Of a stretch of DNA of 64,000 nt, positions 25,301 to 39,276 are shown one piece after another (within the stretch, counting starts at the first letter, position 1; the number at the start of each line of letters is the position of its first letter). The DNA is taken from assembly GCF_009914755.1 (NCBI RefSeq), contig NC_060933.1; one strand, 5' to 3'. The notes beneath the pieces are model-generated. The model made no database searches. It was not told the DNA's origin and worked only from the letters and a program-made list of their open reading frames with translations. The position numbers and the translations under genes were made by a program. Source of the DNA: the human T2T-CHM13v2.0 reference genome, Homo sapiens.

Positions 25301-28300
25301 CACTCTTTCTGTAGTATCTGCAAACGGACATTTCAAACGCTTTCAGGCCTATGGTGAGAAAGGAAATATCTTCAAATAAAAACTAGACAGAAGCATTCTC
25401 AGAAACTTGTTTGCGATGTGTTTCCTCAACTAACAGAGTTGAACCTTTCTTTTGATACAACATTTTGGAAACACTCTTTTTGTAGAATCTGCAAGTGGAT
25501 ATTTGGATAGCTTTGAAGGTTTCTTTGGAAACGGGAATATCTTCATATAAAATCAAGACAGAAGCATTCTCAGAAACTTCTCTGTGATGTTTGCATTCAA
25601 CTCATAGAGTTGAACACTTCCCTTCATACAGCAGGTTTGAAACACTCTTTTTGTAATATTTGGAAGTGGACATTTGCAGCGCTTTGAGGCCTATGATGAA
25701 AAAGGTAATATCTTCCCATAAAAACTAGACAGAAGCATTCTCAGAAACTTGTTTGTGATGTGTGTATTCAACTAACAGAGATGAACCTTTCTTTTTACAG
25801 AGCAGTTTTGAAACACTCTTTTTGTGGAATCTGAAAGTGGATATTTGGATAGCTTTGCGGATTTCGTTGGAAACGGGATTACATATAAAATCTAGGGAGA
25901 AGCATTCTCAGGAACTTCTTTGTGATGTTTGCATTCAAGTCACAGAACTGAACATTCCCTTTCATAGAGCAGGTTTGAAACACTCTTTCTGTAGTATCTG
26001 CAAGCGGACGTTTTAAGCGCTTTCAGGCCTGTGGTGAGAAAGGAAATATCTTCAAATAAAAACTAGACAGAAGCATTCTCAGAAACTTATTTGCGATGTG
26101 TGTCCTCAACTAACAGAGTTGAACCTTTCTTTTGATACAACATTTTGGAAACACTCTTTTTGTAGAATCTGCAAGTGGATATTTGGATAGCTTTGAAGGT
26201 TTCGTTGGAAACGGGAATATCTTCATATGAAATCAAGACAGAAGCATTCTCAGAAACTTCTCTGTGATGTTTGCATTCAACTCATAGAGTTGAACACTTC
26301 CCTTCATACAGCAGGTTTGAAACACTCTTTTTGTAATATTTGGAAGTGGACATTTGCAGCGCTTTGAGGCCTATGTTGAAAAAGGAAATATCTTCTCCTA
26401 AAAACCAGACAGAAGCATTCTCAGAAACTTCCTTGTGATGTGTGTACTCAAGTAACAGAGTTGAACCTTCCTTTTGACAGAGCAGTTTTGAACCACTCTT
26501 TTTGTAGAATCTGCAAGTGGATATTTTGATACCTTTGAGGATTTCGTTGGACACGGGATATCTTCATATAAAATCTAGACAGAAGCATTCTCAGAAACTT
26601 CTTTGTGCTGTATGTCCTCAATTAACAGAGTTGAACCTTTGTGTGGATACAGCATTTTGGAAACATTCCTTTAGTAGAATCTGCAAGTTGATATTTAGAT
26701 AGCTAGGAAGATTTCCTTGGAAACGGGAATATCTTCATATAAAATCTAGACGGAAGCATTCTCAGAAAGTGCTTTGTGATGTTTGCATTCAAGTCACAGA
26801 GTTGAATATTCCCTTTTATAGAGCAGGTTTGAAACACTCTTTCTGCACTACCTGGAAGTGGACATTTGGAGCGCTTTGAGGCCTATGTTGAAAAAGGAAA
26901 TATGTTCCCATAAAAACTGGACAGAAGCATTCTCAGAAACTTGTTTGTGATGTGTGTATTCAACTAACAGAGATGAACCTTTCTTTTTACAGAGCAGTTT
27001 TGAAACACTCTTTTTGTGGAATCTGAAAGTGGATATTTGGATAGCTTTGAGGATTTCGTTGGAAACGGGATTACATATAAAACCTAGAGAGAAGCATTCT
27101 CAGGAACTTCTTTGTGATGTTTGCATTCAAGTCACAGGACTGAACATTCCCTTTCATAGAGCATGTTTGAAACACTCTTTCTGTAGTATCTGCAAGCTGA
27201 CGTTTCAAGCGCTTTCAGGCCTATGGTGAGAAAGGAAATATCTTCAAGTAAAAACTAGACAGAAGCATTCTCAGAAACTTATTTGCCATGTGTGTTCTCA
27301 ACTAACAGAGTTGAACCTTTGTTTTGATACGGCATTTTGGAAACACTCTTTTTGTAGAATCTGCAGGTGGATATTCGGATAGCTTTGAAGGTTTCGTTGG
27401 AAACGGGAATATCTTCATATAAAATCTAGACGGAAGCATTCTCAGAAACTGCTTTGTGATGTTTTCATTCAAGTCACAGAGTAGAATGTTCCCTGTTATA
27501 TACCAGGTTTGAGACACTCTTTCTGCACTACCTGGAAGTGGACGTTTGGAGCGCTTTGAGGCCTATGTTGAAAAAGGAAATATCTTCCCATAAAAACTAG
27601 ACAGAAGCATTCTCAGAAACTTGTTTGTGATGTGTGTATTCAACTAACAGGGATGAACCTTTCTTATTACAGAGCAGTTTTGAAACACTCTTTTTGTGGA
27701 ATCTGAAAGTGGATATTTGGATAGCTTTGAGGATTTCGTTGGAAACGGGATTACATATAAAACCTAGAGAGAAGCATTCTCAGGAACTTCTTTGTGATGT
27801 TTGCATTCAAGTCACAGAACTGAACATTCCCTTTCATAGAGCATGTTTGAAACACTCTTTCTGTAGTATCTGCAAACGGACATTTCAAACGCTTTCAGGC
27901 CTATGGTGAGAAAGGAAATATCTTCAAATAAAAACTAGACAGAAGCATTCTCAGAAACTTGTTTGCGATGTGTTTCCTCAACTAACAGAGTTGAACCTTT
28001 CTTTTGATACAACATTTTGGAAACACTCTTTTTGTAGAATCTGCAAGTGGATATTTGGATAGCTTTGAAGGTTTCTTTGGAAACGGGAATATCTTCATAT
28101 AAAATCAAGACAGAAGCATTCTCAGAAACTTCTCTGTGATGTTTGCATTCAACTCATAGAGTTGAACACTTCCCTTCATACAGCAGGTTTGAAACACTCT
28201 TTTTGTAATATTTGGAAGTGGACATTTGCAGCGCTTTGAGGCCTATGATGAAAAAGGTAATATCTTCCCATAAAAACTAGACAGAAGCATTCTCAGAAAC

Positions 28301-29068
28301 TTGTTTGTGATGTGTGTATTCAACTAACAGAGATGAACCTTTCTTTTTACAGAGCAGTTTTGAAACACTCTTTTTGTGGAATCTGAAAGTGGATATTTGG
28401 ATAGCTTTGCGGATTTCGTTGGAAACGGGATTACATATAAAATCTAGGGAGAAGCATTCTCAGGAACTTCTTTGTGATGTTTGCATTCAAGTCACAGAAC
28501 TGAACATTCCCTTTCATAGAGCAGGTTTGAAACACTCTTTCTGTAGTATCTGCAAGCGGACGTTTTAAGCGCTTTCAGGCCTGTGGTGAGAAAGGAAATA
28601 TCTTCAAATAAAAACTAGACAGAAGCATTCTCAGAAACTTATTTGCGATGTGTGTCCTCAACTAACAGAGTTGAACCTTTCTTTTGATACAACATTTTGG
28701 AAACACTCTTTTTGTAGAATCTGCAAGTGGATATTTGGATAGCTTTGAAGGTTTCGTTGGAAACGGGAATATCTTCATATGAAATCAAGACAGAAGCATT
28801 CTCAGAAACTTCTCTGTGATGTTTGCATTCAACTCATAGAGTTGAACACTTCCCTTCATACAGCAGGTTTGAAACACTCTTTTTGTAATATTTGGAAGTG
28901 GACATTTGCAGCGCTTTGAGGCCTATGTTGAAAAAGGAAATATCTTCTCCTAAAAACCAGACAGAAGCATTCTCAGAAACTTCCTTGTGATGTGTGTACT
29001 CAAGTAACAGAGTTGAACCTTCCTTTTGACAGAGCAGTTTTGAACCACTCTTTTTGTAGAATCTGCAA

Positions 29069-32000
29069 GTGGATATTTTGATACCTTTGAGGATTTCGTT
29101 GGACACGGGATATCTTCATATAAAATCTAGACAGAAGCATTCTCAGAAACTTCTTTGTGCTGTATGTCCTCAATTAACAGAGTTGAACCTTTGTGTGGAT
29201 ACAGCATTTTGGAAACATTCCTTTAGTAGAATCTGCAAGTTGATATTTAGATAGCTAGGAAGATTTCCTTGGAAACGGGAATATCTTCATATAAAATCTA
29301 GACGGAAGCATTCTCAGAAAGTGCTTTGTGATGTTTGCATTCAAGTCACAGAGTTGAATATTCCCTTTTATAGAGCAGGTTTGAAACACTCTTTCTGCAC
29401 TACCTGGAAGTGGACATTTGGAGCGCTTTGAGGCCTATGTTGAAAAAGGAAATATCTTCCCATAAAAACTAGACAGAAGCATTCTCAGAAACTTGTTTGT
29501 GATGTGTGTATTCAACTAACAGAGATGAACCTTTCTTTTTACAGAGCAGTTTTGAAACACTCTTTTTGTGGAATCTGAAAGTGGATATTTGGATAGCTTT
29601 GAGGATTTCGTTGGAAACGGGATTACATATAAAACCTAGAGAGAAGCATTCTCAGGAACTTCTTTGTGATGTTTGCCTTCAAGTCACAGGACTGAACATT
29701 CCCTTTCATAGAGCAGGTTTGAAACACTCTTTCTGTAGTATCTGCAAGCTGACGTTTCAAGCGCTTTCAGGCCTATGGTGAGAAAGGAAATATCTTCAAG
29801 TAAAAACTAGACAGAAGCATTCTCAGAAACTTATTTGAGATGTGTGTTCTCAACTAACAGAGTTGAACCTTTGTTTCGATATGGCATTTTGGAAACACTC
29901 TTTTTGTAGAATCTGCAGGTGGATATTCGGATAGCTTTGAAGGTTTCGTTGGAAACGGGAATATCTTCATATAAAATCTAGACGGAAGCATTCTCAGAAA
30001 CTGCTTTGTGATGTTTTCATTCAAGTCACAGAGTAGAATGTTCCCTGTTATATACCAGGTTTGAGACACTCTTTCTGCACTACCTGGAAGTGGACGTTTG
30101 GAGCGCTTTGAGGCCTATGTTGAAAAAGGAAATATCTTCCCATAAAAACTAGACAGAAGCATTCTCAGAAACTTGTTTGTGATGTGTGTATTCAACTAAC
30201 AGGGATGAACCTTTCTTATTACAGAGCAGTTTTGAAACACTCTTTTTGTGGAATCTGAAAGTGGATATTTGGATAGCTTTGAGGATTTCGTTGGAAACGG
30301 GATTACATATAAAACCTAGAGAGAAGCATTCTCAGGAACTTCTTTGTGATGTTTGCATTCAAGTCACAGGACTGAACATTCCCTTTCATAGAGCAGGTTT
30401 GAAACACTCTTTCTGTAGTATCTGCAAGCTGACGTTTCAAGCGCTTTCAGGCCTATGGTGAGAAAGGAAATATCTTCAAGTAAAAACTAGACAGAAGCAT
30501 TCTCAGAAACTTATTTGCCATGTGTGTTCTCAACTAACAGAGTTGAACCTTTGTTTTGATACGGCATTTTGGAAACACTCTTTTTGTAGAATCTGCAGGT
30601 GGATATTCGGATAGCTTTGAAGGTTTCGTTGGAAACGGGAATATCTTCATATAAAATCTAGACGGAAGCATTCTCAGAAACTGCTTTGTGATGTTTTCAT
30701 TCAAGTCACAGAGTAGAATGTTCCCTGTTATATACCAGGTTTGAGACACTCTTTCTGCACTACCTGGAAGTGGACGTTTGGAGCGCTTTGAGGCCTATGT
30801 TGAAAAAGGAAATATCTTCCCATAAAAACTAGACAGAAGCATTCTCAGAAACTTGTTTGTGATGTGTGTATTCAACTAACAGGGATGAACCTTTCTTATT
30901 ACAGAGCAGTTTTGAAACACTCTTTTTGTGGAATCTGAAAGTGGATATTTGGATAGCTTTGAGGATTTCGTTGGAAACGGGATTACATATAAAACCTAGA
31001 GAGAAGCATTCTCAGGAACTTCTTTGTGATGTTTGCATTCACGTCACAGAACTGAACATTCCCTTTCATAGAGCATGTTTGAAACACTCTTTCTGTAGTA
31101 TCTGCAAACGGACATTTCAAACGCTTTCAGGCCTATGGTGAGAAAGGAAATATCTTCAAATAAAAACTAGACAGAAGCATTCTCAGAAACTTGTTTGCGA
31201 TGTGTTTCCTCAACTAACAGAGTTGAACCTTTCTTTTGATACAACATTTTGGAAACACTCTTTTTGTAGAATCTGCAAGTGGATATTTGGATAGCTTTGA
31301 ATTTTTCTTTGGAAACGGGAATATCTTCATATAAAATCAAGACAGAAGCATTCTCAGAAACTTCTCTGTGATGTTTGCATTCAACTCATAGAGTTGAACA
31401 CTTCCCTTCATACAGCAGGTTTGAAACACTCTTTTTGTAATATTTGGAAGTGGACATTTGCAGCGCTTTGAGGCCTATGATGAAAAAGGAAATATCTTCC
31501 CATAAAAACTAGACAGAAGCATTCTCAGAAACTTGTTTGTGATGTGTGTATTCAACTAACAGAGATGAACCTTTCTTTTTACAGAGCAGTTTTGAAACAC
31601 TCTTTTTGTGGAATCTGAAAGTGGATATTTGGATAGCTTTGCGGATTTCGTTGGAAACGGGATTACATATAAAATCTAGGGAGAAGCATTCTCAGGAACT
31701 TCTTTGTGATGTTTGCATTCAAGTCACAGAACTGAACATTCCCTTTCATAGAGCAGGTTTGAAACACTCTTTCTGTAGTATCTGCAAGCGGACGTTTTAA
31801 GCGCTTTCAGGCCTGTGGTGAGAAAGGAAATATCTTCAAATAAAAACTAGACAGAAGCATTCTCAGAAACTTATTTGCGATGTGTGTCCTCAACTAACAG
31901 AGTTGAACCTTTCTTTTGATACAACATTTTGGAAACACTCTTTTTGTAGAATCTGCAAGTGGATATTTGGATAGCTTTGAAGGTTTCGTTGGAAACGGGA

Positions 32001-32300
32001 ATATCTTCATATGAAATCAAGACAGAAGCATTCTCAGAAACTTCTCTGTGATGTTTGCATTCAACTCATAGAGTTGAACACTTCCCTTCATACAGCAGGT
32101 TTGAAACACTCTTTTTCTAATATTTGGAAGTGGACATTTGCAGCGCTTTGAGACCTATGTTGAAAAAGGAAATATCTTCTCCTAAAAACCAGACAGAAGC
32201 ATTCTCAGAAACTTCCTTGTGATGTGTGTACTCAAGTAACAGAGTTGAACCTTCCTTTTGACAGAGCAGTTTTGAAGCACTCTTTTTGTAGAATCTGCAA
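29069..32300 (+). repeat. 19-mer HOR variant (copy in super-repeat 2)
   Basis: Interval is 3232, with the same markers as 6102-9333. Confidence 0.93.
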
Positions 32301-35300
32301 GTGGATATTTTGATACCTTTGAGGATTTCGTTAGACACGGGATATCTTCATATAAAATCTAGACAGAAGCATTCTCAGAAACTTCTTTGTGCTGTATGTC
32401 CTCAATTAACAGAGTTGAACCTTTGTGTGGATACAGCATTTTGGAAACATTCCTTTAGTAGAATCTGCAAGTTGATATTTAGATAGCTAGGAAGATTTCC
32501 TTGGAAACGGGAATATCTTCATATAAAATCTAGACGGAAGCATTCTCAGAAAGTGCTTTGTGATGTTTGCATTCAAGTCACAGAGTTGAATATTCCCTTT
32601 TATAGAGCAGGTTTGAAACACTCTTTCTGCACTACCTGGAAGTGGACATTTGGAGCGCTTTGAGGCCTATGTTGAAAAAGGAAATATCTTCCCATAAAAA
32701 CTAGACAGAAGCATTCTCAGAAACTTGTTTGTGATGTGTGTATTCAACTAACAGAGATGAACCTTTCTTTTTACAGAGCAGTTTTGAAACACTCTTTTTG
32801 TGGAATCTGAAAGTGGATATTTGGATAGCTTTGAGGATTTCGTTGGAAACGGGATTACATATAAAACCTAGAGAGAAGCATTCTCAGGAACTTCTTTGTG
32901 ATGTTTGCCTTCAAGTCACAGGACTGAACATTCCCTTTCATAGAGCAGGTTTGAAACACTCTTTCTGTAGTATCTGCAAGCTGACGTTTCAAGCGCTTTC
33001 AGGCCTATGGTGAGAAAGGAAATATCTTCAAGTAAAAACTAGACAGAAGCATTCTCAGAAACTTATTTGCCATGTGTGTTCTCAACTAACAGAGTTGAAC
33101 CTTTGTTTTGATACGGCATTTTGGAAACACTCTTTTTGTAGAAACTGCAGGTGGATATTCGGATAGCTTTGAAGGTTTCGTTGGAAACGGGAATATCTTC
33201 ATATAAAATCTAGACGGAAGCATTCTCAGAAACTGCTTTGTGATGTTTTCATTCAAGTCACAGAGTAGAATCTTCCCTGTTATATACCAGGTTTCAGACA
33301 CTCTTTCTGCACTACCTGGAAGTGGACATTTGCAGCGCTTTGAGGCCTATGATGAAAAAGGAAATATCTTCCCATAAAAACTAGACAGAAGCATTCTCAG
33401 AAACTTGTTTGTGATGTGTGTATTCAACTAACAGAGATGAACCTTTCTTTTTACAGAGCAGTTTTGAAACACTCTTTTTGTGGAATCTGAAAGTGGATAT
33501 TTGGATAGCTTTGAGGATTTCGTTGGAAACGGGATTACATATAAAATCTAGAGAGAAGCATTCTCAGGAACTTCTTTGTGATGTTTGCATTCACGTCACA
33601 GAACTGAACATTCCCTTTCATAGAGCATGTTTGAAACACTCTTTCTGTAGTATCTGCAAACGGACATTTCAAACGCTTTCAGGCCTATGGTGAGAAAGGA
33701 AATATCTTCAAATAAAAACTAGACAGAAGCATTCTCAGAAACTTATTTGCAATGTGTGTCCTCAACTAACAGAGTTGAACCTTTCTTTTGATACAACATT
33801 TTGGAAACACTCTTTTTGTGGAATCTGCAAGTGGATATTTGGATAGCTTTGAAGATTTCGTTGGAAACGGGAATATCTTCATATAAAATCAAGACAGAAG
33901 CATTCTCAGAAACTTCTCTGTGATGTTTGCATTCAACTCATAGAGTTGAACACTTCCCTTCATACAGCAGGTTTGAAACACTCTTTTTGTAATATTTGGA
34001 AGTGGACATTTGCAGCGCTTTGAGGCCTATGATGAAAAAGGTAATATCTTCCCATAAAAACTAGACAGAAGCATTCTCAGAAACTTGTTTGTGATGTGTG
34101 TATTCAACTAACAGAGATGAACCTTTCTTTTTACAGAGCAGTTTTGAAACACTCTTTTTGTGGAATCTGAAAGTGGATATTTGGATAGCTTTGCGGATTT
34201 CGTTGGAAACGGGATTACATATAAAATCTAGGGAGAAGCATTATCAGGAACTTCTTTGTGATGTTTGCATTCAAGTCACAGAACTGAACATTCCCTTTCA
34301 TAGAGCAGGTTTGAAACACTCTTTCTGTAGTATCTGCAAGCGGACGTTTTAAGCGCTTTCAGGCCTGTGGTGAGAAAAGAAATATCTTCAAATAAAAACT
34401 AGACAGAAGCATTCTCAGAAACTTATTTGCGATGTGTGTCCTCAACTAACAGAGTTGAACCTTTCTTTTGATACAACATTTTGGAAACACTCTTTTTGTA
34501 GAATCTGCAAGTGGATATTTGGATAGCTTTGAAGGTTTCGTTGGAAACGGGAATATCTTCATATGAAATCAAGACAGAAGCATTCTCAGAAACTTCTCTG
34601 TGATGTTTGCATTCAACTCATAGAGTTGAACACTTCCCTTCATACAGCAGGTTTGAAACACTCTTTTTCTAATATTTGGAAGTGGACATTTGCAGCGCTT
34701 TGAGGCCTATGTTGAAAAAGGAAATATCTTCTCCTAAAAACCAGACAGAAGCATTCTCAGAAACTTCCTTGTGATGTGTGTACTCAAGTAACAGAGTTGA
34801 ACCTTCCTTTTGACAGAGCAGTTTTGAAGCACTCTTTTTGTAGAATCTGCAAGTGGATATTTTGATACCTTTGAGGATTTCGTTGGACACGGGATATCTT
34901 CATATAAAATCTAGACAGAAGCATTCTCAGAAACTTCTTTGTGCTGTATGTCCTCAATTAACAGAGTTGAACCTTTGTGTGGATACAGCATTTTGGAAAC
35001 ATTCCTTTAGTAGAATCTGCAAGTTGATATTTAGATAGCTAGGAAGATTTCCTTGGAAACGGGAATATCTTCATATAAAATCTAGACGGAAGCATTCTCA
35101 GAAAGTGCTTTGTGATGTTTGCATTCAAGTCACAGAGTTGAATATTCCCTTTTATAGAGCAGGTTTGAAACACTCTTTCTGCACTACCTGGAAGTGGACA
35201 TTTGGAGCGCTTTGAGGCCTATGTTGAAAAAGGAAATATGTTCCCATAAAAACTGGACAGAAGCATTCTCAGAAACTTGTTTGTGATGTGTGTATTCAAC

Positions 35301-37404
35301 TAACAGAGATGAACCTTTCTTTTTACAGAGCAGTTTTGAAACACTCTTTTTGTGGAATCTGAAAGTGGATATTTGGATAGCTTTGAGGATTTCGTTGGAA
35401 ACGGGATTACATATAAAACCTAGAGAGAAGCATTCTCAGGAACTTCTTTGTGATGTTTGCATTCAAGTCACAGGACTGAACATTCCCTTTCATAGAGCAG
35501 GTTTGAAACACTCTTTCTGTAGTATCTGCAAGCTGACGTTTCAAGCGCTTTCAGGCCTATGGTGAGAAAGGAAATATCTTCAAGTAAAAACTAGACAGAA
35601 GCATTCTCAGAAACTTATTTGCCATGTGTGTTCTCAACTAACAGAGTTGAACCTTTGTTTTGATACGGCATTTTGGAAACACTCTTTTTGTAGAATCTGC
35701 AGGTGGATATTCGGATAGCTTTGAAGGTTTCGTTGGAAACGGGAATATCTTCATATAAAATCTACACGGAAGCATTCTCAGAAACTGCTTTGTGATGTTT
35801 TCATTCAAGTCACAGAGTAGAATGTTCCCTGTTATATACCAGGTTTGAGACACTCTTTCTGCACTACCTGGAAGTGGACGTTTGGAGGGCTTTGAGGCCT
35901 ATGTTGAAAAAGGAAATATCTTCCCATAAAAACTAGACAGAAGCATTCTCAGAAACTTGTTTGTGATGTGTGTATTCAACTAACAGGGATGAACCTTTCT
36001 TATTACAGTGCAGTTTTGAAACACTCTTTTTGTGGAATCTGAAAGTGGATATTTGGATAGCTTTGAGGATTTCGTTGGAAACGGGATTACATATAAAACC
36101 TAGAGAGAAGCATTCTCAGGAACTTCTTTGTGATGTTTGCATTCAAGTCACAGAACTGAACATTCCCTTTCATAGAGCATGTTTGAAACACTCTTTCTGT
36201 AGTATCTGCAAACGGACATTTCAAACGCTTTCAGGCCTATGGTGAGAAAGGAAATATCTTCAAATAAAAACTAGACAGAAGCATTCTCAGAAACTTGTTT
36301 GCGATGTGTTTCCTCAACTAACAGAGTTGAACCTTTCTTTTGATACAACATTTTGGAAACACTCTTTTTGTAGAATCTGCAAGTGGATATTTGGATAGCT
36401 TTGAAGGTTTCTTTGGAAACGGGAATATCTTCATATAAAATCAAGACAGAAGCATTCTCAGAAACTTCTCTGTGATGTTTGCATTCAACTCATAGAGTTG
36501 AACACTTCCCTTCATACAGCAGGTTTGAAACACTCTTTTTGTAATATTTGGAAGTGGACATTTGCAGCGCTTTGAGGCCTATGATGAAAAAGGTAATATC
36601 TTCCCATAAAAACTAGACAGAAGCATTCTCAGAAACTTGTTTGTGATGTGTGTATTCAACTAACAGAGATGAACCTTTCTTTTTACAGAGCAGTTTTGAA
36701 ACACTCTTTTTGTGGAATCTGAAAGTGGATATTTGGATAGCTTTGCGGATTTCGTTGGAAACGGGATTACATATAAAATCTAGGGAGAAGCATTCTCAGG
36801 AACTTCTTTGTGATGTTTGCATTCAAGTCACAGAACTGAACATTCCCTTTCATAGAGCAGGTTTGAAACACTCTTTCTGTAGTATCTGCAAGCGGACGTC
36901 TTAAGCGCTTTCAGGCCTGTGGTGAGAAAGGAAATATCTTCAAAGAAAAACTAGACAGAAGCATTCTCAGAAACTTATTTGCGATGTGTGTCCTCAACTA
37001 ACAGAGTTGAACCTTTCTTTTGATACAACATTTTGGAAACACTCTTTTTGTAGAATCTGCAAGTGGATATTTGGATAGCTTTGAAGGTTTCGTTGTAAAC
37101 GGGAATATCTTCATATGAAATCAAGACAGAAGCATTCTCAGAAACTTCTCTGTGATGTTTGCATTCAACTCATAGAGTTGAACACTTCCCTTCATACAGC
37201 AGGTTTGAAACACTCTTTTTCTAATATTTGGAAGTGGACATTTGCAGCGCTTTGAGGCCTATGTTGAAAAAGGAAATATCTTCTCCTAAAAACCAGACAG
37301 AAGCATTCTCAGAAACTTCCTTGTGATGTGTGTACTCAAGTAACAGAGTTGAACCTTCATTTTGACAGAGCAGTTTTGAAGCACTCTTTTTGTAGAATCT
37401 GCAA

Positions 37405-39276
37405 GTGGATATTTTGATACCTTTGAGGATTTCGTTAGACACGGGATATCTTCATATAAAATCTAGACAGAAGCATTCTCAGAAACTTCTTTGTGCTGTA
37501 TGTCCTCAATTAACAGAGTTGAACCTTTGTGTGGATACAGCATTTTGGAAACATTCCTTTAGTAGAATCTGCAAGTTGATATTTAGATAGCTAGGAAGAT
37601 TTCCTTGGAAACGGGAATATCTTCATATAAAATCTAGACGGAAGCATTCTCAGAAAGTGCTTTGTGATGTTTGCATTCAAGTCACAGAGTTGAATATTCC
37701 CTTTTATAGAGCAGGTTTGAAACACTCTTTCTGCACTACCTGGAAGTGGACATTTGGAGCGCTTTGAGGCCTATGTTGAAAAAGGAAATATCTTCCCATA
37801 AAAACTAGACAGAAGCATTCTCAGAAATTTGTTTGTGATGTGTGTATTCAACTAACAGAGATGAACCTTTCTTTTTACAGAGCAGTTTTGAAACACTCTT
37901 TTTGTGGATTCTGAAAGTGGATATTTGGATAGCTTTGAGGATTTCGTTGGAAACGGGATTACATATAAAACCTAGAGAGAAGCATTCTCAGGAACTTCTT
38001 TGTGATGTTTGCATTCAAGTCACAGAACTGAACATTCCCTTTCATAGAGCAGGTTTGAAACACTCTTTCTGTAGTATCTGCAAGCTGACGTTTCAAGCGC
38101 TTTCAGGCCTATGGTGAGAAAGGAAATATCTTCAAGTAAAAACTAGACAGAAGCATTCTCAGAAACTTATTTGCGATGTGTGTTCTCAACTAACAGAGTT
38201 GAACCTTTGTTTTGATATGGCATTTTGGAAACACTCTTTTTGTAGAATCTGCAGGTGGATATTCGGATAGCTTTGAACGTTTCGTTGGAAACGGGAATAT
38301 CTTCATATAAAATCTAGACGGAAGCATTCTCAGAAACTGCTTTGTGATGTTTTCATTCAAGTCACAGAGTAGAATGTTCCCCGTTATATACCAGGTTTGA
38401 GACACTCTTTCTGCACTACCTGGAAGTGGACATTTGGAGCGCTTTGAGGCCTATGATGAAGAAGGAAATATCTTCCCATAAAAACTAGACAGAAGCATTC
38501 TCAGAAACTTGTTTGTGATGTGTGTATTCAACTAACAGAGATGAACCTTTCTTTTTACAGAGCAGTTTTGAAACACTCTTTTTGTGGAATCTGAAAGTGG
38601 ATATTTGGATAGCTTTGCGGATTTCGTTGGAAACGGGATTACATATAAAATCTAGGGAGAAGCATTCTCAGGAACTTCTTTGTGATGTTTGCTTTCAAGT
38701 CACAGAACTGAACATTCCCTTTCATAGAGCAGGTTTGAAACACTCTTTCTGTAGTATCTGCAAGCGGACGTTTTAAGCGCTTTCAGGCCTGTGGTGAGAA
38801 AGGAAATATCTTCAAATAAAAACTAGACAGAAGCATTCTCAGAAACTTATTTGCGATGTGTGTCCTCAACTAACAGAGTTGAACCTTTCTTTTGATACAA
38901 CATTTTGGAAACACTCTTTTTGTAGAATCTGCAAGTGGATATTTGGATAACTTTGAAGGTTTCGTTGGAAACGGGAATATCTTCATATGAAATCAAGACA
39001 GAAGCATTCTCAGAAACTTCTCTGTGATGTTTGCATTCAACTCATAGAGTTGAACACTTCCCTTCATACAGCAGGTTTGAAACACTCTTTTTCTAATATT
39101 TGGAAGTGGACATTTGCAGCGCTTTGAGGCCTATGTTGAAAAAGGAAATATCTTCTCCTAAAAACCAGACAGAAGCATTCTCAGAAACTTCCTTGTGATG
39201 TGTGTACTCAAGTAACAGAGTTGAACCTTCCTTTTGACAGAGCAGTTTTGAAGCACTCTTTTTGTAGAATCTGCAA
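37405..39276 (+). repeat. 11-mer HOR variant (copy in super-repeat 2)
   Basis: Interval is 1872, with the same private variants as 14438-16309. Confidence 0.93.
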
